A DNA stretch of 35,553 nt from Reclinomonas americana ATCC 50394 (taxonomy: Eukaryota): assembly GCA_048213135.1 (NCBI GenBank), contig PS015389.1, positions 88,413 to 123,965 of the forward strand. The letters are read 5' to 3'. The position numbers and the translations under genes were made by a program. The notes below the pieces were generated by a model that searched no databases, was not told the origin of the DNA, and saw only the letters and a list, made by a program, of their open reading frames with translations. Shown here piece after piece: positions 1 through 18,046 of the stretch; position 1 is the stretch's first letter, and each line of letters opens with the position of its first letter.

Positions 1-29
1 GTTCGTCTCGTCGTTCGTTCGTCGTCGTC

Positions 30-88
<59 letters not shown>

Positions 89-689
89 TCCTTCCTCCTC
101 CTCTCTCCTCCTCCTCCTCCTCTCTCTCTCTCTCTCTCCTCCTCTCTCTCTCTCTCCTCCTCTCTCTCTCTCTCTCTCTCTCTTCTGCACTCTGTCATTC
201 AAGTGTTGTCCACCTTCTCGAGAGAAGGGATGTATGCGAGCCGTGAGAATAGATTGGCTTCCTTGCATAGCCACCCGTCCCGTATTGCCTCACTAATTAT
301 CGCGTGCCCTCTCGTCCTTCTCTCATCTTCATCCTCATTTCCAGTTACCCTCTCCCTCGCTCGGTTTTCATTCGCCTTAATCTGGCCTTCACTTCTTTCC
401 CTCCCCCGACAATGCCTCTTTTCCCTTCTCAATCACCCTTTCCTTTCTCCTCCCCCTCGCCCTCCCCACTCTTCATATTATCCCATTTTCATTCGCCCTC
501 CCTTCCCCTTCCTCCACTTCTACATCTTCTTTCCCTTTCCTTTTCTCATCACCCCCTTTCCCTCGCCCCTTCCCCCTTCCCCCTTCCCCTCGCCCCCCTT
601 TCCCTTCCCCCTTCCCCTCGCCCCCCTTTCCCTTTTCTCCTTTCCCTTTTTCCTTTTTCCCCTTTCCCATTATCTTTCCCTTCACACAG

Positions 690-1137
690 TGCACCTCCCC
701 GACGGCCGCGTGTGCTTCCCATCGCAATCCAACAACATGTACATCTACCCGGCGGTCGGCCTCGCCGTCTCGCTCTGCCGCGCGCGCACGATTCCCGACG
801 AGATGTTCTACCTGGCCGCCAAGACCCTGGTGGAGCAGGTGCCGGAGGAGCAGTTGCGCACCACGGGCCACCTGTTCCCCTCCCTGAGCAGCATGCGCAA
901 GGTGTCGGAACGCATGGCGGTGAAGCGTTGCGTACTCCTCCATCATCGTGTTTTTTTCACTCTCGCTTTACGGGGGGTACTGATGATCGGTTAACAGTGA
1001 TCGAGTACGCCATTGAGAAGAAGCTTGCTCGTCTCGAGGGCCTCGAGCTCGAGCGCTACGCGTCGATCGAGCAGTACGTGCAGGCCAACACGTACACAGC
1101 CAGGTACTCGCGCGTCGGTTGGGACGAGGACGAGTAA
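690..1137 (+). CDS. Malic enzyme (NAD(P)-dependent malate oxidoreductase, decarboxylating), last two exons; 5' part lies outside the window
   Basis: Exon 690-926 encodes VHLPDGRVCFPSQSNNMYIYPAVGLAVSLCRARTIPDEMFYLAAKTL...GHLFPSL, matching the malic enzyme C-terminal motif Q-x-NN-x-YI(F/Y)PG-x-GL. A 71-nt GT-AG intron (927-997) is followed by exon 998-1137 (LIEYAIEKKLARLE...YSRVGWDEDE, TAA). Confidence 0.9.
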
Positions 1138-1159
1138 TGTCGCGGGGGTCGACCATTGC

Positions 1160-2723
1160 TCAGTCGGGGGCTATGAAATAAATAAGACGCTTCGGCAGCA
1201 CTTGGAACGGATGGAACTGTGCACAACACAAAGTTGTTTAGAGTGGAAAGCGAGAGAGAGGGAAAGGGCATGTCAAATGATCGAACTCACCACCACCCAC
1301 TCGTCGTTGAAGACCTCGGTCGTGGTGCTGCGCTTTCGGTTGCCCCTGACAAAGATGCTGTCCGCGTTGGGTGCAAGAACCTGGCGAGGAGACATTCAGC
1401 AGTGAGGAGGCAGGTGCAAATCTACCATTCCCACAGTCTCTGCGTCTTGTCTTCTTTCTCTCTCGCATCTCTCTCTTTTGTCAGTCCTTCAGTGAGTGCT
1501 CCGACGCTCCTGTGCTCTATCACCCTACCAACAGAGCACCCGTCGCTACTTCTCTTCGATGTACCTACAGCAGTATCACGATCTCATCATCAAACTTTCG
1601 TGCTGCCTTCTCAAACTCTGCTTGTCACGCCAACTTCGACAAAAAGGCCAATCCACACTGTGCAACACCAGTCACGGCATCTTGTGTCTGATTCCCTTCC
1701 TGCTCCCTCTCTCTGGACCACAGTCCATCCATCCGTATCCCTTCTTTCCCCCCTTTCTCCCTTCTGCTCTTCCCCTCTCCCCCATTCCCTTCTCCCCTCT
1801 TCCCTCAACTCACCGTCCCATGCAGCTCATCCGGTTGTTGCAATCTCTCAATCTATGGTGAAACATAAATTTGCGAGCATCACGAGGCGCTCGCACACCT
1901 GCCACACACACCTTGTGCTGCTCGCCCAGAATCACGTCGCACTCAACAATCACTCGCTCCCCAGCCTGCAGGGAAAGAGCAAGATAAGCTACAGCACATG
2001 ATTTCAACAATCCCCCTCATCATCAACGCACGCGATTGGGAGCAGTGAACGCCGTGCACTTGTAGATGCACTTGGCAAAGTAAATACCGAGACTGCCGCC
2101 GCACAGCAAGGTGAGGAGCTGCACGAGAACATATCCAAACACACACGTGCACGCACCCAAACATGTGGCACTTTTGACAACGATGCGGAATCGCCGTGCA
2201 CAAGGCGCAGCGCTTGTCGCACACAAAATTCGACTTGCCAGGATCGCAACCGGCGCGCCGGGCTCGGGCACACTGTGGGTCACAGTTGTAGTCGGCTGGC
2301 GGCATCAGCCCACGCGTCAAAATCGAGTCGAGCGCCTCCTCTCGTGTGCCGTGATACCTGCGTGCATCGGTAAGCATAAGTCGACTGGCAGACACACCAC
2401 GGGGTGACTCACAGCGTCACAACACGCGGCTCGGAATCGGAGGCATGCTTTCTCTGCAATCGTCTCTTCGTGGCCTCGAATGCCCGTTGTAGATCGTCGT
2501 TGACAACCTTGAACACTTGCGTCACACGCAGCGCCTGTGCACGCAATCACGGCGGTGAGGATACTCGGAAACGACCACAAAGCGCAGCGTGAACGTACGA
2601 TACCTGGCGGAATTCTTTCGGTTCCCTGTCAGTGGTGAACGCCGCCTGCGCATCGGCCACGTAACTGGCAGAGAGCTGCTCGAGCCGATGGTGTGCGTGG
2701 TGCGTCGGGAGCATGTCGTCGAC
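1160..2723 (-). CDS. PARP-family (ARTD) ADP-ribosyltransferase catalytic domain; 3' exons of a large multi-exon gene
   Basis: Spliced exons 2723-2604, 2534-2413, 2357-2157, 2092-2032, 1965-~1912, (possibly 1564-1529), 1380-1291 and 1216-1160 give LRVTQVFKVVNDDLQRAFEATKRRL...TLYHGT...HMFGLGIYFAKCIYKC...ERVIVECDVILGE...ADSIFVRG...NDEWVVFHPFQVLPKRLIYF. The H-Y-E triad motifs are present, GT-AG boundaries are phase-consistent, and the TGA is at 1162-1160. Confidence 0.9.
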
Positions 2724-9563
<6,840 letters not shown>

Positions 9564-10403
9564 TCGCGCGCAGGGCACTCCCTCCCCTCCACAAACAAGT
9601 GTTGCCGGATTTCAGTGCATCCTGTCATGTCGCCGGAAATGGTGGCGGGAATGTGGAAAAACTTGCATAATCCCTTGTGCAGCTAGGATGAAGAATGCAA
9701 CAAGAAGCACTGGGAGCGAGCAGCACTGTGCGCGATCACAAACGCTGAGAATTCCAGCAGTTGCGCATGCAGCTGCATGACGGTCGCGCGCCTTCTGCAT
9801 CTATCCACGGATTGTACAGAAGCAATGCGAGAGAGAGGGAGAACCATGCAACAACGAATATCGGGATCCGATGGCTGCATGATGACCTTGTGCAGCACAA
9901 GTGCAGATACAAACATCGGGAATCAGGCACTTATGCAACTGCATGATGATAACCATCTTGCGTGAGCACAGGAAACGGAAACACAACAGCGAGAGGGAAT
10001 TCAAAGCATACAACAACAAACATTGGGGATCATGCGCAGGATGACCATCATCCAGAGAGTGAGCCACAGACACTGAACTGCACCGAAGCAGAACGAGAAA
10101 GAGTCGAAAGGGAGGAAGAGAAACCACGATACAGTCAGCGACTGCCACAGAACTCGAAGCGCTAGCTCCAGATGGTGATCGGGCTATAACTGCACTCAAT
10201 CCAAGCTGCAATCGCTGCGCGATTATCACTTATTAGAGTGAGTGTCAGAAACGATGCGCTTCTCGCAGATATCAAACGAAGTAGGAGGGCAATTGTTTGA
10301 GAGTGCGGTTCCTTCCCCCTCTTCCTCACTTCACTTGGTAACTCTCAATCGCTCACGTGTCTCTTTCCCTAAAACTCGCCAGCTGTGAAGCGATGATCAC
10401 GCG

Positions 10404-13400
10404 TTAGTGCCCTCCGATGACGACTTGCACACAAAGAGAGAGAGGACAAACGTAACGTGTTGTGCCACTGCGAGCCAATTCCTCCAGACTGGAAACTTGA
10501 TGTGGTGGTGGTGGTGCCCCACGTCCAGGCAGCGGCGGCATAGATGGCGGCCGGTCTCCTCCCGGGGTCACCTGTCAGTTATGTCAGTCACACTTCCGAC
10601 AGCCAGCCACACACGAGAGTACTTGCACTCACCAACGGTCCAACGGCTCCGGGCCTGCACACGCAAACAAGAAAACATGCAGCGTGAGTCGTGGTTCAAA
10701 ACAGGAATACTACCATACGACGCGCAACTGCCGAGCACCACCAGCGCCTCGCTGCGTTACGCAAACACACAGACCGAATGAGTGAGCAAGCATACGCTGA
10801 TCGACATATATGCACTCTCAATCACAAACGTTGACGACAACAGGTCGAGGGGGTGCAGCCACCACGGGTGGTGACCACGACTGATTGACGGCAGCAGGAC
10901 TTTCTGCGGCGGGCGATCGGCCCCAGCTCTCTGAGGCCTGCACCCATGCACAAACACAAGTCAGGTCACCTCCGTTGCCGTCGCCTTCATCACCTTCTTC
11001 TCCTATTCTTCTTGTTGTCGGTTCTTCATCTCATTCTTCTTGTTCTCCTCCTTGTTCTCCGTCTTCTCTTCATTTCATCTTCAACTTCCTCGTCTTCTGC
11101 TTCTTTTTGTCCTCCTCTTGCACTCCGCCTCCTCCTCTCTTGTCGCTTGCTCACCTCATCCTCCTCCCACTCCCCTCGTGCTTCTTTTTCCAATTTTTCT
11201 TATTCTTCTTTTTCTCCTTCATTTTCTCCTTCTCTTGTTCTTGTCCTTGTTCACTATGTCCTCCTTCTTCTTCTTGTTGATTTCCTCCTCCTCCTGCTTC
11301 TTCTCCTCGTGCTTGTTCACCTCATCCTGCTCCGCCTCCTCCTCCTCCTTCTTCTCAATCTTGTTGCCTTCTTCCGCTTCTCTTCGCCTTCCCCTCAGTC
11401 CCCCTTTCCCCCTCTCCCCCTTCTCCTTCTCATCCCTTCCCCCACCTGACGATGAGAATTACTTGCAACCCCACGAGGAGCACGACTGGCGTCATCAGGT
11501 CGGGCTAGTGGCGGCGGACTTGGTTGTGACGGCGGCACTGCACGATGACTGACCGGCGCTTGCGTGGCTGTCGTGGCCGTAGTAGCGTGCGCAGGAGGTG
11601 GCGATGGAACTGGCGGCATGGGGTTCCGCAGGTAATCGACGCCAGGTCCGCCAGGGGTTTCTCGGGGATAGGCGGCAGGCGCACCACCACGCAAGTGGTG
11701 ATCAATCGCGACTGCCGGTCCGCCGGGAGTCTCTCGCGGTTGAACGGCGGCGGGTGCGCCCTGATAACGGCGCTGCTCTGCTTGTTCGCGCGACGACTGC
11801 TCGCCGGCACGAGCCTGGCGATTAAAGAAGGATAGTCAGGCATCGGCATTGGCACATCGACACAAGACCGCAGAGCCGCAACTGCCGCTTGCTGTGCTTG
11901 TCGTTCAACGTCGCTGAGATTTCGCATAATCTGGCAGTGCAGAAGATATGAGATGGACAGTCTGCGATAACCATGCATATGTGTAGACAAAAACCTGGGA
12001 ATTGTATGGCCGACCCGGAGTCTCGCCGGGCTGCTGACATGGGGATAAAGAGTGTGTTGTGGGCGGAACTCTCACGAAAACGAGAGAACATGGACATGCT
12101 CTAACCTGTGCATCAACCACAGGCAAGGGCTCCTACAAAGGATGCCAGTCAATAAACACAGCATGCAAAACGAACAAAGGCAGAGCAGACGTACCGGCTC
12201 TTGCCGTACGACCTCGTGCGCGGGAGCAGGCTGGACGATCTGCAGCGAAGCATGTGAGACTCTCAGAACGCCACGCCAAACAAACGAGAATCAAGCGCAC
12301 CCGCCGGGAAGACGGCGGCGGCGGAGGAGCGGGCTCAGCCTGTGCCGCTCGTCGCTCAGCCTCTTGAGCGAGCTTTTCAGCCTGCATACCGGAAAGGAGA
12401 GTGAGGAGAGATGACGATGAGCATCCGATGGAGAATGGGTCAAACACAGACCTGCAAGCGAGCGACTTCGGCCTGCGGTGCGGAGAAAAGGAACGAGTGA
12501 GTTCTTCACCAAACACATCTCTCTCTCCCTCCAGCACACAGAAATGAGAGTCAAGTGGGGGGAGAAAGGGATGAGGGAGAGAAACAGACGAAGGGAGAGA
12601 GAGATGAGCGACAGAGTGGAAGGTGTGAGTGTTGTGTGCGTATTTTCCTCTCTGCGAATGCCGCGTGGCCTCTGTTGTGCGTACTCTCTCAATTTGGGGA
12701 AAGAGAGAAAGAGAGAGGAGTGACAGAGCGGAAGGGTGAGTGTTGTGTGCTTGTCTTCCGCTCTGTGACTGTCGAGTGGCCCTGTTGTGCATTCTCTCTC
12801 CCAAGCACACAGAAACGAGTGCCAAGTGTGTGGAGAAAAGAGAGGGCGAAGAAAGAGACAGGGAGAAAAGAGCGACAGAGCAGAAGTGTGAGTGTTGTGT
12901 GCGTCTTCCTTTTGCGACTGTCGCATGGATTTGTTGCGCACACTCTCAGTTTCTCTCTCAGTACGCGGGGGAGAGAGAAAGAGAAATGAGCGACGGAGCA
13001 GAAAGTGTGAGTGTTGTGCGTGTCTTCCGCTCTGTGATGCGCATACTCTCTCGATATGTGGGAGAGAGAGAGAGAGAGGGCGATAGAGCACAAGGTGTGA
13101 GCGTCGTGAATCCGCTCTGTGACAGTCGAGTGACGCCTGTTGCGCACACACTGTGTTTCTCTCTTAATCGTGTGTGTGGGAGAGAGTGAGAGAGAAAGTC
13201 CGAGATCGACGAAGAGAGATCCCCTTTCCGCCTCCCACTTTCGCGGGCAACGAGAGGGGAAGGGCAACAAATGAAAGAGAAACATAGAAAGACCAAGATC
13301 GACAAAGAAAGATCCCCCTTCCCTTCATCACCTGCAGCCGTTGCATCTGCCATAATAATTCTCGTCAGACGAATGACATAATTTGCACGAAAACAAGAAC

Positions 13401-16400
13401 GGCTGCACGCACCTCTTCGTCTTTCCGTCGGACTTCCTCCTCCTTTTCACGCTGTGTGTGCAAAGACGATGAGCACAAAAGCGACTCAACAATCTCTTGG
13501 ATTAAGACGAACCAACGCGGCTTCGTGGGCCTCCTTCTCCAAGCGCTGTGAAGAGCAATAAAGTTAGAATCAGCAGCAACGCACACAGAAAACATCCGTC
13601 TGTGCGAACCAAGCGCTCCTGTAACAACAAGCGACAATGAGTTCACAATTTTGACGAGAAAGTAAGAGTGGCACACGATTGCACGTCGAACCTTCTCCGC
13701 CTGGACACAGACAGACACACCATGATATTCAGTGAAATTAAACAAGCGTGCGTCAACAGCACAACATACCTCAGCTTGCTGGGCCTTTTCCTGTTGTTGT
13801 GGAGATGGGAAAAAATAGTGACGAGTTAGCAACATAAAGCAAGGTGGACCATGAGTGAGATTCGTACCAGCGCGTCGACCTGCGCCGAATTCCAAGCAGG
13901 ACAAGGGCGGTCAACACATAACCAGCAGCTAGTGAAAGACAATCTCAACTCTCAACTCACTTCTCGCATCTCCCGCTCAACTCGAATCAGCTCAAGCTGA
14001 GCTTCCTCGGCTATCTGGCGCAACATCCGCTCTCGTTCAGCTCGCTCACGCTCCATTCGATCTCTTTCCGCTTGCTCGTGCCGCTCGGCTCTTTCACGCT
14101 CCGCTGCTGCTGCGGCTTCTGCTGCTGCTGCTTGCTCTTGCTGCTGTGCAACAGCGGAAACACCAGCAGCTTCTCCAAGGAAACTCGCCATGGCCCTGCG
14201 CAATCGACAATTCACACAACCGCTGACAGATACCGCAGCATGTGCGTGCGAGAAACGCAACTCTTTGAATGCCACCTGCACGGTGGTAAAATACACCTTG
14301 GCTGCTTGCACGCGATTTTCGTCCCGACACGTCGCCGCCAGCTTGTCCATAATGTCTTTCGCACGCGCAAACATTTTCGAGTCGGGCATGGAGTTGAACT
14401 TGGGCGTCAAACAACCCTGCGAGCACAACGTTGTGAGAGGAACGGTGTGGGAGACCTGGAAAGGAGACACATAGAGCCCACCGGAGAGACGTCTCCTTCC
14501 AGCACATCCAGTGTGCGTCGCAGCTCGGCCCACAACTCGGCTTCGTTCATGGATTCCACTGCACACGACATTTCTGAGTAAACACGTAGAACTGTCTGCT
14601 GCCTCCAGCGCAAAATACGCACGTGAACGAGTTGACATCGGCGCCGCCGCCGCCGCCGCTGGCGGAGGAGGCGCAGCCACGCTTTGCGGCAACGGTGATG
14701 AGCCTGCACCGAGCCGGCCACTCGGCGGCCTCGCAGCGGGCTCAATGTGCGCAGCCATCGTTGCACCAGCGACAGCACCACGAGCCGCTGGCGAGTGAGG
14801 ATTGCCGGGCGTAGGTGATGAGCCGGATGAGAAGCCACCTGTGCCCGCTTGCAGCCGTCGCTGTTGCTCAGCCTCCTCCGCCTCTCGTCGACTCAACTCC
14901 AGGACACGTCGCATCTCTTCGTCTTCCTCATCGGCAGCGCGTGGAGCCTGTACCGGTGGCGCAGCCTGTGCGGGCGGTTGCTGCCGTCCCCCACGACCCG
15001 CCCTGACCGGCAGCGACGAGCGCAGGATCTCCGCCTCGCGCCCCATGAATGTCGCGAAATCGGCTTCACTCAGTGCCTTGAGCACGCGTGGATTGTAGCC
15101 GCGGCTGAAGGGGGGAGGGGAGGAGAGGGAGGGAGAGGAGGAAGGGAGGAGGAGGAGGAGAAAGAGAGAGGAGAGACGAGAGTAGACGAGAGAGTACGCG
15201 AGAGGAAGAAGAACGAGACGAGACGAGAGAGAGAAGTAGNNNNNNNNNNNNNNNNNNNNNNNNNNNNNNNNNNNNNNNNNNNNNNNNNNNNNNNNNNNNN
15301 NNNNNNNTGGATTGTAGCCGCGGCTGAAGGGGGGAAGGGGGAAGAAGAGGGGAAGGGGGGAAGAAGGGGGGAAGGGGGGGAGGGGGGGGGGGAAGGGGGG
15401 AAGGCGGGTGAGAAAAATGATGAAGGGAAAGGGGAAACAGACCGGAAGATGACGTGATGTCGCGAGAGGGAAGAAAACACAGCGAAGCAGAAGAAGGAAT
15501 AAATGGAGACTGCGTGAATGCGAAAGACAGGAAAGCACAAACGCACAAGGAAAAGCGTCGAAATGCACGAGAAAGTGCTAGGGTGAGAAAGAAAGAAAAG
15601 CGAATGAATGAATGCATCACGCAGGAAAGCACAAGGAAAGAAGAGCTTCGAGAAAGACCAACTCGCATGTCCAACAGAAATGCAACTCTGTGGAGAAAGA
15701 GAGAGAATGATTGACGCGAAACACAGGAAGCTATGGGTTGGCAGGAGTAAGAACAGTGAAGACAGAGTGCACAGAGAGGAAACACAAAGCGCGAAAGACT
15801 GGAACGCACAAGGGGAGAAGAGCATCATGCAGGTGCAAGACGAGAGAACAACAGGAGGCAACAGAGCGCATGAGAGATAGAGAGAGAGAACTCATAAGCG
15901 CGAAAGAGAAGAAAGTTGGAAAGCAAAGCATCGAGCAAGCGCAATACACCAACTCGCATGTACCCAGAAAAGAGAATGCATGCAACTGAGGAAGCCAATA
16001 GGACAGGAGAGTATGGGTTGGCAGGTGTAAGAGCAAGGCAGTCAGAGTGCACAGAAAAAGAGAGGAAACACTAGCGCAAATGACAGGGAGGCAGAAGGGG
16101 ATCCGAAGGCACGAGATAGTGCAAGAAAAGGAGGCAGGAAGAATGCAGGAGAGAGAAAAGACACAAGTACGCAAGGCAAGGAAAGCACAAGGAAAGCAGA
16201 GCTTCGAGCAAGACCAACTCGCATGTCCGCCAGAAAATGCAACTCTGTATCGCGATTCTCCGCCGCATGATCATCGCGCATCGGATACTTGTACGCCTGT
16301 CCTCTGCCTCCTCCTCCAGCACCAGCAGCAGCAGAGGCAGCATACGCCGCAGCCGGCGCCGCGGAAGCACCGACAGCAGCCGGCGGAGGCGCATCGAACA

Positions 16401-16680
16401 GACTTCCACTGCCACCTGCGCCACCGCCCGCAGGACGCCGCACCGTCGGTCCGCCCACGGCCGCGTCAAAGAGATGACGTGGCGCCGGGGCGGCCGCATG
16501 TGGCTGCTGCTGCTGATGATGATGATGTTGAGGGTAATGATGATAGTCAGCTGCTTGTTGTTGTGGTGGAGGTGGAGCGTTTACAAGAGAAGGCGGGGTT
16601 GTTGTGTAGACCCACTCGCCATCGGGGCCGCGATACGCGTACTGCCCCGTCTCTTTGTTGTAATACACGCCGGGGTCCAT
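10404..16680 (-). CDS. Multi-exon protein with a UIM-like motif, coiled coil and Pro/Gly-rich tail; function unknown
   Basis: ATG at 16680 (MDPGVYYNKETGQYAYRGPDGEWVY). Exons 16680-16244, 15104-14623 (contains UIM-like DEEDEEMRRVLELSRREAE), 14573-14482, ~14416-13961 (E/R/A coiled coil), short exons near 13800-13410, then 12381-12301, 12239-12195, short exons ~12130-11995, 11930-11883, 11814-11446, 10937-10830, 10751-10729, 10654-10633 and 10571-10404 (TAA). Phases are consistent where checked. Confidence 0.7.
12590..13150. repeat. Degenerate ~100-150-bp intronic tandem repeat
   Basis: Recurrent AG(C/T)GGAAG/AGCAGAA-GTGAGTGTTGTGTGCG...TCTGTGA motif near 12615, 12726, 12880, 12998 and 13088. 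Confidence 0.7.
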
Positions 16681-17339
16681 TGCTCTCACACTCACTCTCT
16701 CTGACAAAAAACACACACACTGAATAAACAACACACAACACATATACACAATGTCAGTAACACGCGCACACGCACGCACACACAAAGCACAAAGAGAGAC
16801 ACACACCTTTCTTCGCGTGTGCGAGCGGGTTAATGTGGAGTGGACATTTATCCTGTCAGCGAGCCACGTTTGGTTTCCGGCAAGGGCTGTCTGAGGGTTT
16901 GCGACAAATGGATTGCAGAGAGGTGGTGGTGCCGGCGCCTGCGTGGTGGCGACTCGGGTTTGCCACGACCAAGGCGGGAGGCGGGAAAGCCGATGGTTTG
17001 TGTGGGTGGAAGGCGAGAGAGAGGTTTTGGGGAAAAGGGCGGGAAAGATTGAAATGGGGAAGGGAGAGTGAGAGAGAGTGAGTGTGTGTGTGAGAGAGAG
17101 AGAGAGAGAGGCGGGAGAGGAGGGAGAGAGAGAGAGGAAGGAGAGTGAGAATGAGTGTGAATGGAGGAAGGAAAGTGTGAAAAGTGTGAGTTTGAGGGAG
17201 AGAGTGAGAGAGCGTGTAAGTGAGACTTAGGCGTTGCCTTGTTGACGCTTAATCGCTCCTCTCTGAGTTTGCCCACTTGTCTTTGCCCTTTTTATTCCGT
17301 TCTTCTCTTTGCAGTCTTCTTTCCGACTTGGTGCTTGAT

Positions 17340-17900
17340 TCTCTGCACTTGCATCCGTCTCCATACCTCTCCCCTTCCCTCTGCTGCGTTCTCTTCGGTG
17401 TTTTAGTATCGTTTCTGTGCATTCCTCCTGCTCACCTCTCTCTCTCTCTCTCTCTCTCTTCTCATTTCCCTTTGTCCTTGCTGCCTTCTCCTTTTTGTGC
17501 TCCATTCTCTCGTCCATACACTTGCAACTGTCTCCTTTCCTCTCTCCGCTGTGTTCTCTTCAGTGTTTTAGTATCGTTCTTGTGCATTCCTCTTGCTCAC
17601 CTCTCTCCTTCTCATTTCCCTTTGTCCTTGCTGCCTTCTCCTTCGACCTTGCACTTGCATCTGTCTCCTTTCCTCTCTGCTGTGTTCTCTTCGGTATTTC
17701 AGCATCGCTCCTGTGCATTCCTCATGCTCGCCCCTCTCTCCCTCTTCTCATTTCCCTTTGCCCTTGCTCCATTCTCTCGACCTTGCACTTGCAACTGTCT
17801 CCTTTCCTCTCTCCACTGTGTTTTCTTCAGTGTTTAGCATCGTTCCTGTGCATTCCTGAGCTCACCCCTCTCTCCCTCTTCTCATTTCCCTCTGTCCTTG
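17340..17900. repeat. Degenerate pyrimidine-rich tandem repeat in the first WD40 intron
   Basis: The motif GT/GCATCG(T/C)TyyTGTGCATTCCT...CTCATTTCCCTTTG(T/C)CCTTGCT recurs four times (~17406, 17571, 17702, 17837). Confidence 0.75.
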
Positions 17901-18046
17901 CTCCCTTCTCCACCGTTCCTCCCATTCCTCCCACAATTTGCTTGTCGTAGTCCTCCATTCTTCCTTACCTCCTTGTCCTTTCCCTTGCCTTGCTCTCTTC
18001 TGTCTCCTCTCCTTCCTGCCCTCCTCACCTCTCCTTCCCTCGACAG

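Noticed and set aside
1-689. L/S/P/F-rich or R/E/G-rich ORFs here and in other CT/GA tracts
   Set aside because: Translations of intronic polypyrimidine/polypurine microsatellites, which lack stop codons because of their composition.
920-935. Possible GC-AG intron in the malic enzyme gene
   Set aside because: The GT donor at 927 restores the frame without a non-canonical site.
15089-15335. Duplicated acceptor and exon start TGGATTGTAGCCGCGGCTGAAGGGGG
   Set aside because: The second copy begins exactly at the edge of the 15240-15307 gap; assembly artefact.
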